Assembly (NCBI GenBank): GCA_963733745.1
Contig: CAVTFE010000002.1
Span: 70,558-134,557 of the forward strand
Direction: 5' to 3'
Length of the DNA stretch: 64,000 nucleotides
From: an uncultured bacterium
GTDB taxonomy: Bacteria > Chloroflexota > Ktedonobacteria > Ktedonobacterales > JADMIN01
Both the position numbers and the translations under genes were made by a program. Each line of letters starts with the position of its first letter. Position 1 is the first letter of the stretch. Positions 9,829 to 19,334 of this stretch are shown here, piece by piece. The notes below the pieces were generated by a model. It searched no databases. It was not told the origin of the DNA and saw nothing but the letters and a program-made list of their open reading frames with translations.

Positions 9829-10386
9829 GTGACCACGCGCAACTCGCAGTCCACGAACCGTCAGAAGGATGACACGCCCACAACAGGAACGACGACCACA
9901 GGCAGCGCCACGAGCGGCTCCTCACAGGCCGGCCAGGTGGCCGACCAGATGAAGCAGTCCGCAGGCGACGTGACAGAGCAAGCGAAACAGACGGCGACCT
10001 CGCAGATCGCCGTGCGCAAGGACCAGGCGGCGCAAGGATTGAGCACAGTCTCGTCGTCCATGCGCCAGATGGGCGACAGCCTCCGCCAGAACGATCAGAC
10101 GTCCGGCTACGCGCAGTACGTCAATCAGGCCGCCGAGCAGGTTGACCGGTTCTCCGGCTATCTGCAGCGTCATGATGCGCGCGACATCATGGCGGACGCT
10201 GAGGACTGGGCGCGTCGCAATCCGGCGCTCTTTCTCGGCGGCGCGTTCGCGCTGGGGCTTTTGGCCTCACGCTTCCTCAAGAGCGGCATGGGCAGGCAGA
10301 GCCGGTCTTCGGGCTCATGGCAGTCTGGACAATCCGGACAATCCGGGCAATCAAGGCAGTATCGCTACAACGATCGCTATCGCTAG
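9829..10386 (+). CDS. Stress-type protein with a helical Q/A/S-rich body and a C-terminal membrane anchor
   Basis: GTG start 8 nt after GGAAGGAG. C-terminal motif ARRNPALFLGGAFALGLLASRFLKS recurs in the protein at 53554..54393. First gene of a three-gene module. Confidence 0.7.
   Translation: MTTRNSQSTNRQKDDTPTTGTTTTGSATSGSSQAGQVADQMKQSAGDVTEQAKQTATSQIAVRKDQAAQGLSTVSSSMRQMGDSLRQNDQTSGYAQYVNQAAEQVDRFSGYLQRHDARDIMADAEDWARRNPALFLGGAFALGLLASRFLKSGMGRQSRSSGSWQSGQSGQSGQSRQYRYNDRYR
10327..10353 (+). repeat. In-frame 9-bp tandem repeat (GGACAATCC x2, then GGGCAATCA) encoding SGQSGQSGQS
   Basis: Read directly, inside the 3' end of the 9829..10386 CDS. Confidence 0.9.
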
Positions 10387-10517
10387 TCGGGCGCAGGACG
10401 CGTCCAGCTAGCCGCTCCTTCCATATGCCGTTATGCACGCGCATGATGGCGGATGGCGCGCAAATGGCAGACGGCGAACCCAAAAGCGCCTGCTGAGAGA
10501 TCTGGAGGTTCTCAAGG

Positions 10518-10952
10518 ATGGAAACCAGACAGGACATGGAACAAGACGCCAGACAAGATACACGACCACAGGAACGCTCACTCGGCGAGTTGTTCAGTGA
10601 CCTGACACGCAACATGAGCACGCTGATCCGCCAGGAGACGCAGCTCGCCACAACCGAGATGACGCAGAAAGCCGCCCGCATCGGAAAAAGCTCCGGCGTG
10701 CTGGTCGGTGGCGGGCTTATTGCCTACGCCGGGTTCATCGCCCTGCTCTGGGCGATCGCGTACGGGCTGACCAACCTCTTCGGCTGGCCGATCTGGCTCG
10801 GCTTCCTCGTCGTGGCGATCATCGTGCTTGCGATTGGAGCCATCATGGCGTGGCGCGGCTACGACACGCTCAAGAAGACTGACCTCGTGCCACGTCAGAC
10901 AGTTGAGACCATCAAGGAGGATGCGCAATGGGCGAAAGAGCAGACCGCGTAG
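10518..10952 (+). CDS. Holin-X-like (phage holin family, superfamily III type) membrane protein
   Basis: SLGELFSDLTRNMSTLIRQETQLATTEMTQKA followed by two TM helices matches my memory of the actinobacterial Holin-X family (Phage_holin_3_6). Confidence 0.7.
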   Translation: METRQDMEQDARQDTRPQERSLGELFSDLTRNMSTLIRQETQLATTEMTQKAARIGKSSGVLVGGGLIAYAGFIALLWAIAYGLTNLFGWPIWLGFLVVAIIVLAIGAIMAWRGYDTLKKTDLVPRQTVETIKEDAQWAKEQTA

Positions 10953-11980
10953 GTCCTGAAGGCCATGAGACCCCCGGTGACGAGTTCGCGCAGGGACGTG
11001 GCTGGAACGCTGGTGACGAAGAAGATCCGACGATGCGTGACGAACCGGGCCTCGCTGGCCTGGAGGATGACATCAGCGATGACATCAGCGATGACATCGG
11101 CGTGGCGAACCGCGCCCACGACGGCGAGATACTCTACGAAGAGGCGGATGTCGTGGAGGCGCAGCCGGAGGCGCGCGACGACGCCACCGACGAGACGGAT
11201 GCGATCCGCGGCGACATCGAGGATACTCGGGCCAATATGAGCTCGACGATTGATGCCATCCAGGAGAAGTTGAGTCCGCAGCGACTGATGGATCAGGCAA
11301 AGGAAACAGTCGGCGGCGCCGTTCATGATGCAACAGTAGGGAGGGTGCAAAACATGGCGAGCAATATCGCCGATACAGCCAAAGACACCGGTTCGGGGCT
11401 GATGGACAGCATCCGGGAGAATCCGCTTCCGGCGGCGCTGATAGGCATCGGCGTGGGCTGGCTCTTCCTGAGCGCGCGGCGCAGAGCGGCGGAGCGTGAT
11501 CGCTGGCGTCCGCGCGACGAGTCGGGCTATTACGATCAGGGTTACGGCCGCTATGGGCGCTCTGCCAGCGGCTATCCGTATGACCGCTATGGCCAGTATG
11601 GGAGCAGTCAGTATGGCTCCTCTCAGCCGTCTCGTGAGGAGAACGGCAAGATGAGCCAGATGGCCGGCGCCGCCAAGGACAAGATGAGCGATGCCGGTGA
11701 CCGCGCACAGGAGATGACGGACACCGTCAAGGAACGCGCTGGCGACATGGCGGAGCAGGCGCAATGGCAGGCGCAGCGCGCGCGTGGCTGGCTGGCTGGC
11801 GCCTGGGATGAGAATCCACTTGTCGTCGCCGGAGCCGCGCTGGCGGCGGGAGCGCTGGTCGGCCTCTCGATTCCCTCAACGGACGCCGAGCGTCAGATGA
11901 TGGGCGAGGCCAGCGGCAATGTCTTGCAGAAGGCGGCAGACACCGCGCAGGAAGCGACTCCTGACGCCAGTAAGCAATAG
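10928..11980 (+). CDS. DUF3618-like protein with a C-terminal TM helix
   Basis: AAGGAGGA sits 7 nt before the ATG at 10928 (25-nt overlap with the upstream gene). DAIRGDIEDTRANMSSTIDAIQEKLSPQRLMDQAKETV resembles the DUF3618 core. Confidence 0.7.
   Translation: MGERADRVGPEGHETPGDEFAQGRGWNAGDEEDPTMRDEPGLAGLEDDISDDISDDIGVANRAHDGEILYEEADVVEAQPEARDDATDETDAIRGDIEDTRANMSSTIDAIQEKLSPQRLMDQAKETVGGAVHDATVGRVQNMASNIADTAKDTGSGLMDSIRENPLPAALIGIGVGWLFLSARRRAAERDRWRPRDESGYYDQGYGRYGRSASGYPYDRYGQYGSSQYGSSQPSREENGKMSQMAGAAKDKMSDAGDRAQEMTDTVKERAGDMAEQAQWQAQRARGWLAGAWDENPLVVAGAALAAGALVGLSIPSTDAERQMMGEASGNVLQKAADTAQEATPDASKQ
11066..11101 (+). repeat. In-frame 12-bp tandem repeat (GATGACATCAGC x2, then GATGACATCGGC) encoding DDISDDISDDIG
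   Basis: Read directly. Confidence 0.95.
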
Positions 11981-12587
11981 CAGTTTGACACTCCGCACGG
12001 GCTAAAGCCCGGCGGATTCTCAGGCTACGCACAGCCCAACGGCTCACGTTAGCGCCCGAAGGTTCTGCCCGAACCCACTGGAGGTTGACTCCATCGCGGC
12101 GTGGCGTGGTGAGCTCAACGACCGCCGCTCAAGCGGAGCGCACCTCGTCCAAGACGGGTTACGGCTTTTACCCGTGGGAACGACATTCCACGGAACCCCG
12201 TAAGAGGAGGTGCTTGGTGCGGTGCAAAATGTCCTGCCCACCTCTTCTCGCACAACGGGGAGGACACGGCAATGGACGCAGGACGCATGGCGAACGCCCC
12301 CAACCGCCTCACCGCACGGGTTGAAATCCCGGCGGCTTGCGGCGGGCGAAAGCCCAATAAGGTCAAGCAATGGCAGAGTTACGTGGCAGCTACGCCGGCA
12401 CGACGCTGTGCCGGCGTAGGCTCTGAAGCAAACAGCGGGTCAGCGGACTCCACGGCTCATGGTGATTTGCAGTCACGTACCTCGTCCTCGCCCTTTCCAA
12501 AGGGAGGATGAGTGTACTGGATCATACGAAGCCCCATGGTGCGCCAGAAGAGTACTGTGTGCCGCAAGAATAGCAAGGAGCGCCGTG
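11981..12587. other. Highly structured non-coding gap (candidate ncRNA or long leader); class unknown
   Basis: About 600 bp with only short, mutually overlapping ORFs. Perfect 12-bp hairpin 12390-12401/12408-12419. GNRA hairpin GGGCgaaaGCCC at 12344-12355. 10-bp stem 12203-12212/12239-12248. Stems ACGGGT/ACCCGT and CCGTGG/CCACGG within 12154-12193. Confidence 0.3.
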
Positions 12588-13739
12588 ATGAGCAGCTCTC
12601 TCGAAGAAGGACAATACCAGACAGCCGCAGTCGCCGACTCGCCCTCGCGGTGGGAGCGCTGGAAGCAAACGCTTCTGGACTTCTGGAAGAAGTGTAGCAA
12701 CGACTGGATCTTCAACTTCTCTGGTCTGCTCGCCTATTCCCTGCTCATGGCCATCTTCCCGCTCTTCCTTGTGCTGCTCGCCATCGCCGGTCTCTCGCTC
12801 AACAACCTCTCGCCTGACGCGCTGGCCTCCCTCTCCAAGAGTCTCGCCTCGACGCTCCCTGGCGCCACCGGCGGCGCGATCGTGGATGCGGTGCTGACCA
12901 ACCTGCGTAAAAGCACTGGCTGGCTCTTCGTGCTTGGTCTGCTGCTCGCGCTCTTCACCGGCTCACGGCTCTTCATCACCATCGAGAGCGCCTTGAGTGT
13001 CATCTTCCGCCTGCGCCCGCGCGACGCGCTTCACCAGAACATCATGGCCTTGCTGATGGTGCTGCTCTTTGTTGTCCTCGTGCCGATCCTCTTCCTCGCC
13101 TCCTCTGCCTCCGACGCGATCGCACAGGCGCTCTTCTCTGGCGAAGTGAATAAAGCGCTGACGCGTGTGCTGGGCATCGTGAGCGCCTTCATTGTGGCGG
13201 TCGTCCTCTTTGGCGCGATCTACATCGTCGTCCCCAACCGCCCGGTCCACTGGAAAGAAGTCTGGAAGGGAACGCTGGTAGGCGCGGCGCTGCTGGTTCT
13301 CTATGAGCTACTCTTCCCGCTCTACCAAAACAACTTCCTCAAGCCGGGCAACTATGGCTCGGTGGCCGGATTCGCGATCGTGATCCTGGTCTTTTTCTAT
13401 TACTTCGCCTTCATCCTCTTGCTGGGAGCGGAAGTCAATTCCTGGGCTTCCGGACAGCGACAGACCGCCGCCGATCTCGCCTCGATCATCCATGAGGTGC
13501 AGGCGCACAACACCACGCGTGGCGCCGCCGGACCCACGGCCGGCTCGCCGACCGAAGACCTGCAGCATCACGAGGGCGCGGCGGCGATGGAGACCGATGA
13601 GCAGTCGATTGAGCACGAGCGTACGGATCATCACGACGACGCCCTCCCACCCAAATATGAGGAAGCCCAGGCGCCTGATCCCGTGGAGGCTGGGCAATCT
13701 GCTACAGCAAAGGCGCCTCCCCAGCACAGAACCTCGTGA
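12588..13739 (+). CDS. YihY/BrkB family membrane protein
   Basis: AAGGAG sits 7 nt before the ATG at 12588. NDWIFNFSGLLAYSLLMAIFPLFLVLLAIAG and six TM segments are typical of the YihY family. Confidence 0.85.
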   Translation: MSSSLEEGQYQTAAVADSPSRWERWKQTLLDFWKKCSNDWIFNFSGLLAYSLLMAIFPLFLVLLAIAGLSLNNLSPDALASLSKSLASTLPGATGGAIVDAVLTNLRKSTGWLFVLGLLLALFTGSRLFITIESALSVIFRLRPRDALHQNIMALLMVLLFVVLVPILFLASSASDAIAQALFSGEVNKALTRVLGIVSAFIVAVVLFGAIYIVVPNRPVHWKEVWKGTLVGAALLVLYELLFPLYQNNFLKPGNYGSVAGFAIVILVFFYYFAFILLLGAEVNSWASGQRQTAADLASIIHEVQAHNTTRGAAGPTAGSPTEDLQHHEGAAAMETDEQSIEHERTDHHDDALPPKYEEAQAPDPVEAGQSATAKAPPQHRTS

Positions 13740-13996
13740 CCCGCCGAATCGAACGCGACCAGTAGTCGCGGATCGTGCTGGCGTACCATACTGACAGGCA
13801 AAAAGGTCGTGACTAACGAGCGGCTCACAGGAACCAGACGCGCCAGCGGAGCGCGCCGCGCAGCCGCCAGTAGATTGCGAGTGGCTGGATGAGCGCCGAG
13901 GTGACGAGCATCGTGGCGATGTGGCGCTTGCCGGTCGGCGCCGCCGGGAGTCAAAGTATCCGCCTCACGGGCGGATGAAGATGGGAGAGCGCAAGG

Positions 13997-14359
13997 ATGG
14001 CGACAAAACTGAACCAGAGCGCGTTCGAGCATGCGAAGCAGTTGATCGAGAAAGGGCGTGTTGCGCTGGATGAGCGCGACCAGTGGAGCGAGCATCAGCC
14101 GTCTGCACAGGAGGAAAACGCGTTCATCAAAGACCAGGGGTTCCGCGCATACGCGCAGTGGTATCTGGGTGTCGACGACGAGAAGTCCGAGGACACAAAA
14201 GAACGCAACACATTCCCCTACGGGGACTTCGAACGTATGCACCGTTGTGGCGTCTTGTCGGCTGAGATAAGAGCTGGCCAGTACAAACATCACGACATTG
14301 AACGCGCGGCGGCGCACCTCCATGGCATGCTGGATACCGCGAAGAGCAAAAAGTCATGA
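13997..14359 (+). CDS. Conserved hypothetical protein (120 aa)
   Basis: Clean ORF with GGGAGAG upstream. The sequence (KLNQSAFEHAKQLIEKGRV...FPYGDFERMHRCGVLSAEIRAGQYKH) resembles a widespread uncharacterised family that I recall only vaguely. Confidence 0.65.
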   Translation: MATKLNQSAFEHAKQLIEKGRVALDERDQWSEHQPSAQEENAFIKDQGFRAYAQWYLGVDDEKSEDTKERNTFPYGDFERMHRCGVLSAEIRAGQYKHHDIERAAAHLHGMLDTAKSKKS

Positions 14360-14498
14360 TGAGCCGCCATCTACGGCCCTCAGCGCGCCAGCAGGTCATT
14401 CCAAGCGAATATTGCCAGCGCATGGACGCCGCGACACAAGAGCAGCGCAACCGGCTGGTGAGGCAGTTGTGTGAGAAAGTGGCGCCCAGGATGAGTAC

Positions 14499-14882
14499 GT
14501 GACGAAAGTGAAGTTGCGCCTGGAGTTCGCTGGCTTCTTTGCGCTGGATGACGCCCAGCGTCAAACCAAATATCGGACCGGCGGACCCGACGGGGTACCA
14601 ATACGCGAGCGCGATACACTGCCAAGCACCGGCTCGATCCAGGCCGCATCGGAGTTCCCCGCTTACTTCCCGCTCGAAGCGCCACAGCCTTCACGAGGAC
14701 GACCTCCCGTGAGGCGACCACATCGCCTCCCTCCAGAGGTATGGCCTGAGATCCAGAAACGGGCCAAGCGTGAGTCACTCCGGCATCTCGCAGAGGACTA
14801 TGGAGTCTCCCATGAAGCCATCCGACGCATCGTCAACATGAAGCGCACGAAGCGAACCAGTGATCGACGTCGTAGCGCCTAG
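14499..14882 (+). CDS. Small helix-turn-helix protein, paralog family A copy 1
   Basis: C-terminal RRPHRLPPEVWPEIQKRAKRESLRHLAEDYGVSHEAIRRIVNMK is a resolvase/HTH_23-like pattern and a clear paralog of 20693..21037. The non-ATG start is uncertain. Confidence 0.55.
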   Translation: MTKVKLRLEFAGFFALDDAQRQTKYRTGGPDGVPIRERDTLPSTGSIQAASEFPAYFPLEAPQPSRGRPPVRRPHRLPPEVWPEIQKRAKRESLRHLAEDYGVSHEAIRRIVNMKRTKRTSDRRRSA

Positions 14883-15213
14883 CGCAGGCATAACAACCGC
14901 AAACGAGACGTCCCCATTTCCATGTTAGGGCAAAGGAGAACATACGGAACATCATAAGTAGTGGCGTCGCGTCGCGCTGGCTTGCGCCGTTGACTGTATA
15001 TACTACTGACGCGATACCCTCGACGCCAGGTTTGAAGACGTTAGAAGCTTTTGGGGGAGGCGGTAGGTGGTTATGCGAGTGCACGGATTCCCATCGGTAT
15101 CGCCGATGGCTTCTTATTAGTGCCACGAACGGACATATTGCGCGAGCGCTGGAATCTGCACCCAGCCTGTCGGAGGCTGCAAACAGGATTGTCTGAAAGT
15201 AGGCCTGGACACG

Positions 15214-16188
15214 ATGACGTCGGATCCATCCTTTGTCCTTTGCGCTGGCATTCTGGTCGCCGATCTCTTCGTGCCGCCGCTCGTCGCGCTGCCAGAGGCA
15301 GGACAACTAGTCGCCACCGAAGATTTCCTGATGGATTCGGGCGGCTGCGCCGCCAATACCTCGACCACGCTCGCCCGCCTGGGAATACAGGCGCGTGTGG
15401 CTGGGAAAGTGGGCGATGACAGCTATGGCGCGTTCATCACGCAGGATCTGGCGCGCAAGGGCGTCGAGACATCCGGGATCTCGACTTCGCAGAGATTCGG
15501 AACCTCGAAGACGGTGATCCTGCCGGTGATTGGCGAGGACCGGCGATTCATCCATACGTTCGGAGCCAACGCCGACTTCGGCGCCGACGATATCAACTGG
15601 GAGGCACTTGCCGAGGCCAGCGTCTTCTATGTGGGCGGCTACATGATCTTGCCTGATCTCGCGCAAGATGACCTGGCCGCGCTCTTCCAACTCGCTCGTT
15701 CGTTTGGCGTTCGTACGGCGCTCGACGTGGTCGTGCCTGCGGGCAACGCTTCAGCCTCGCTGCGTGATCTTGAGCGCGTCCTGCCCTTCGTCGATGTCTT
15801 TCTGCCCAACGACGAAGAGGCGCAACATCTGACGGGGGAGGAGGAGCCACGCCGCCAGGCCGAGGCGTTCTTGTGCGCAGGGTGCGCGACGGTGGTGATC
15901 ACCAGGGGCGGACGCGGCTCGCTACTGATGGACCAAGCGCAAGTCATCGAGGCTCCGGCGTTCGAGGTGACGCTCGTGGACTCATCGGGCGCTGGCGACG
16001 CCTTCGCAGGAGGATTCATCGCGGGCATGATGCTGGGATTAGATCAGGCCGAAACGTTGCGTTTCGCCAGCGCGATCGGAGCGTCATGCTGCATGCGCCT
16101 CGGCTGCACGACGGGCATCTTCACCCGTGAGCAGGCGGAAGCGTTCTCGCGGGAGCGTCCGCTGCCCTTGCGAATTGACGGGCGATAA
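15214..16188 (+). CDS. PfkB-family carbohydrate kinase
   Basis: PfkB signature DSSGAGDAFAGGFIAG. Ribokinase-like length and layout. Confidence 0.9.
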   Translation: MTSDPSFVLCAGILVADLFVPPLVALPEAGQLVATEDFLMDSGGCAANTSTTLARLGIQARVAGKVGDDSYGAFITQDLARKGVETSGISTSQRFGTSKTVILPVIGEDRRFIHTFGANADFGADDINWEALAEASVFYVGGYMILPDLAQDDLAALFQLARSFGVRTALDVVVPAGNASASLRDLERVLPFVDVFLPNDEEAQHLTGEEEPRRQAEAFLCAGCATVVITRGGRGSLLMDQAQVIEAPAFEVTLVDSSGAGDAFAGGFIAGMMLGLDQAETLRFASAIGASCCMRLGCTTGIFTREQAEAFSRERPLPLRIDGR

Positions 16189-16362
16189 AGCGGCGTGGCA
16201 AGTGGCCGGATGTGCGCGGCTATTCCGCTTGAACAGCGCGCCAGCGGCTTGACGCAACCTGAGGAAAGCCCTTAAAATACGGGGTTGTTCGGGCTCTGGC
16301 TGCGATGATCGACTGGCGCCTACTTTGGACGCGTGCCTGTAGCCAATGGAGATAGAGAAGAG

Positions 16363-17256
16363 ATGTCGCTCGTCCCTATGACCGAGTTGTTCGAGCGCGC
16401 GCGTCGTGAAAGGTATGCGCTCGGCTACTTCGAGGCGTGGGATCTGCACTCGCTGGAGGCGGCGCTCGAAGCAGCGGAGGCCGAGAAATCACCGGTAATT
16501 CTTGGCTTCGGCTGCATGATGGCGGACCGAGACTGGCTGGACCAGGGCGGCGTCGAGGCGCTGGGGGCGCTGGGGCGCGTGGTGGCTGAGCAGGCACGCG
16601 TTCCGGTATCGCTCCTGCTCAATGAGGCGCAGACGCTGGATCAGGCGTTGCGCGGCGTCGAGAGCGGCTTCAACGCGGTGATGTTGGATACCTCAGCGTG
16701 GGGATGGGACGACGCCGTGACGCAAGTTGGCGAGTTGGCGCGTGCTGCGCATGCGCGTGGCATCGCAGTAGAAGGTGAATTAGGGCGGCTGCCCGACTTC
16801 ATCGGTGGCGACGTGGACGAGTCGCAGGCGAGCTTTACCGATCCCCGAACAGGCGGCGGCGTTCGTGGCGCAGACGGGGTGGATTGCCTGGCCGTCTCGA
16901 TCGGCAACGTGCATCTGCTGACCACGCGGTATGCGCCCGTCGATCTGGAGCATCTGGAGGCGATCTCTCGCTGCATCTCGACGCCGCTGGTGATACACGG
17001 CGGGACGAGCTTTCCTCCGGATGCCGCGCCACGCGCCATCGCCGCCGGAGTGGTCAAGTTCAACGTGGGCACCATCCTGAAGCGCACGTTCTTCGCGGGG
17101 CTGCGCCAGAGCATCCAGGCGCAGCCAGAAACGGCAGACGTTCACCTGATCCTCGGCTCGCACAAATCGGCCGACGTGATGAACGCGGGCAAAGCGCGAA
17201 TGAGTGAGAAGATACAGGAGCTGATGCGCGTATATGGCAGCAGCGGACGCGCGTGA
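16363..17256 (+). CDS. Class II (metal-dependent) fructose/tagatose-bisphosphate aldolase family protein
   Basis: MSLVPMTELFERARRERYALGYFEAWDLHSLEAALEAAEAEKSPVILGF is the typical class II aldolase N-terminus. The ATG at 16363 is preferred over the GTG at 16333. Confidence 0.85.
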   Translation: MSLVPMTELFERARRERYALGYFEAWDLHSLEAALEAAEAEKSPVILGFGCMMADRDWLDQGGVEALGALGRVVAEQARVPVSLLLNEAQTLDQALRGVESGFNAVMLDTSAWGWDDAVTQVGELARAAHARGIAVEGELGRLPDFIGGDVDESQASFTDPRTGGGVRGADGVDCLAVSIGNVHLLTTRYAPVDLEHLEAISRCISTPLVIHGGTSFPPDAAPRAIAAGVVKFNVGTILKRTFFAGLRQSIQAQPETADVHLILGSHKSADVMNAGKARMSEKIQELMRVYGSSGRA

Positions 17257-17284
17257 AGCGGGTGGAAGGTGAAAGGCCTGCGAC

Positions 17285-18256
17285 ATGGGTGAGTTGGAGG
17301 GGCTGGAGACCGAGCGGCTGCTGGCGCTCTACCGCCGGATGCTGCTGATTCGCATGTTCGAGGATCGCGTCTACTATCTCTTCCTGCAAGGAGAGATCGC
17401 GGGCACGCTGCACCAGTATCAGGGGCAGGAAGCCGTCGCGGTGGGCGTCTGCGATCATCTCAGCCACACCGACTGGATCACTTCGACGCACCGGCCACAT
17501 GGGCACGCGCTGGCGAAGGGCGTCTCCACGCGCGCTGCGATGGCGGAACTCTACGCCAAGGCGACGGGATGCTGTGGCGGCAAGGGCGGCTCGATGCACC
17601 TCGGCGATCCGGCGGTCGGCATGCTGCCAGCCATCGCCATCGTCGGCGGGGGGAACGCGGTCGTCGTCGGGATGGGGCTGGCGTTCAAGCTGCGCAAGAG
17701 CCAGCAGGCGGCGATATGTTTCTTTGGCGAGGGCGCGACGAATGAGGGAGCCTTCCACGAGAGCCTGAACTTCGCGGCGGTGAAGCGGCTGCCGATCCTC
17801 TACGTCTGCGAGAATAACCTGTACGGCGCCTCGACGCCCTATACCATGACATCAGCGCTCGCCGATGTGGCCGAGCGCGCGGCGGCGTATGGCGTCAGCG
17901 CGCAGATCGTCGATGGCATGGATGTGCTGGCGGTACACACAGCGACCGGCGCCGCGCTGGAGCGGATTCGCGCGGGCGCTGGGCCGATCCTACTGGAGTG
18001 CAAGACCTATCGCTTTACTGGGCATAGTCGCAGCGACGCGCGCGGCTATCGCACGCGGGAAGAGGAAGCGGAGTGGAAGAGCCGCGACCCGATCGCGCGG
18101 CTGGGGGAGGCGCTGGTAACGGCTGGCCGTATGGATGCCAGGGCGCTGCAGCGTGTCGTCTCCGAGGTCGAGGCCGAGCTTGACGATGCGGTGGAGTTCG
18201 CGCGGAACTCGCCTGACCCGACGCCGAAACAGGCGCTGGAGGACGTGTATGCCTGA
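17285..18256 (+). CDS. TPP-dependent 2-oxoacid (pyruvate/acetoin) dehydrogenase E1 alpha subunit
   Basis: E1-alpha motifs (YRRMLLIRMFEDR..., GGKGGSMH, GEGATNEGAFHESLNFAA, YRFTGHS). Confidence 0.9.
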   Translation: MGELEGLETERLLALYRRMLLIRMFEDRVYYLFLQGEIAGTLHQYQGQEAVAVGVCDHLSHTDWITSTHRPHGHALAKGVSTRAAMAELYAKATGCCGGKGGSMHLGDPAVGMLPAIAIVGGGNAVVVGMGLAFKLRKSQQAAICFFGEGATNEGAFHESLNFAAVKRLPILYVCENNLYGASTPYTMTSALADVAERAAAYGVSAQIVDGMDVLAVHTATGAALERIRAGAGPILLECKTYRFTGHSRSDARGYRTREEEAEWKSRDPIARLGEALVTAGRMDARALQRVVSEVEAELDDAVEFARNSPDPTPKQALEDVYA

Positions 18257-19321
18257 AACGACCTCAGAGGAAACAGCTGCTGAAAGCGCGCAGCCAGCGA
18301 GCGCCGAGCGCCGGTTGACGATCGCGGAGGCGCTACGTGAGGCCATCGCCGAGGAGATGCGCCGTGACGAGGATGTCTTCTTGATCGGCGAGGATATCGG
18401 CGTCGAGGGGGGCTTCGGCGGCGCGTTCGGCGTGTACCTTGGCCTGGTCGAGGAGTTCGGCCATGAGCGCATTATCGACACGCCAATCAGCGAGAAGGCC
18501 ATCGCGGGCGCGGCGACTGGTGCGGCGCTGATGGGCATGCGTCCCATCGCTGATATGCAGTACGCGGACTTCCTCTTCGAGTGCATGGACGAGCTGGTGA
18601 ATCAGGCGGCGAAGATGCGCTATATGTCGGGCGGCAAGCTGCGCGTTCCCTTGGTGATGCGCGCGCCGGTGGGGGCGACACATCGAGGCGCGCAGCACGG
18701 ACAGTGTCCGGAGAGCTACTTCACGCACGTCCCCGGGTTGAAGGTGGTCAGCGTCTCGGACGCCTACAGCGCCAAGGGCATCCTCAAGAGTGCGGTGCGC
18801 GACGACAATCCCGGTGCTGATCTTCGAACACAAACTGCTCTATGGCAGCAAGGGTCGCCAGCAGGCGGGTGGGCTTGACTTGACCGCGCCCGTCCCCAAG
18901 GGAAGAGTATCTGCTCCCGCTGGATAAAGCGATCGTCAAGCGCGAGGGCGTCCATGTCACCGTCGTGGCGACACACCTGAGCCTCTATCGCAGCCTTGCG
19001 GCGGCGGAAGAGCTGGCGCGCGAAGGGATCGAGTGCGAGGTCATCGACCCGGTCTCGCTGTTTCCGCTGGATACGGAGACGCTGTGGGCGTCAGTGCGCA
19101 AGACGGGACGGCTGATGATCGTCCACGAGGACACGCTGAGCGGCGGTTGGGGCGCCGAAGTCGCGGCGCGCGCGGCGGATGAGTGCCTGTATTCGCTGGA
19201 GGCGCCGATCAAGCGCGTGGCGACCTATGACACGCCGCTGCCATTCGCGCCGATCATGGAGGCGGCGGTCACGCCATCCATCGAGCGTATCGTATCGGTG
19301 GCGCGATCCATTTGCGCATGA
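18249..19321 (+). pseudogene. 2-oxoacid dehydrogenase E1 beta subunit, interrupted by two +1 frameshifts
   Basis: N-terminal part is in the frame of 18249 up to ...AVRDDNP. The expected VLIFEHKLLYGSKG continues in the +1 frame from 18814. EEYLLPLDKAIVKREGVHVTVVATHL... continues in the next frame (ORF 18965..19321). Each shift looks like an extra G: (ccc)g at about 18813 and (aag)g at about 18900. Confidence 0.85.
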
Positions 19322-19334
19322 CGGGAGAAGCCAC

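Noticed and set aside
9470-9925. 151-aa minus-strand ORF in the cydC/stress-operon spacer
   Set aside because: No RBS, Cys/Trp/Ser/Arg-rich composition, and it overlaps the start of the 9829 gene. The spacer was treated as non-coding.
10895-11764. 289-aa minus-strand ORF antisense to the DUF3618-like gene
   Set aside because: Shadow ORF. The plus-strand gene has an RBS, a family motif and operon context.
11981-12587. Tested the structured gap as RNase P RNA, tmRNA, cobalamin, ydaO or ykkC riboswitch, group II intron domain V, and tRNA
   Set aside because: By eye there is no GAGGAAAGTCCGGGC or ACAGAA.CCGGCTTA box, no tmRNA 5'/3' ends or ...LAA tag frame, no B12 box, no ydaO AGCTAACCTCGTAAGC, no ykkC GGTCCGAGAG, and no cloverleaf. 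It is kept only as an unclassified candidate.
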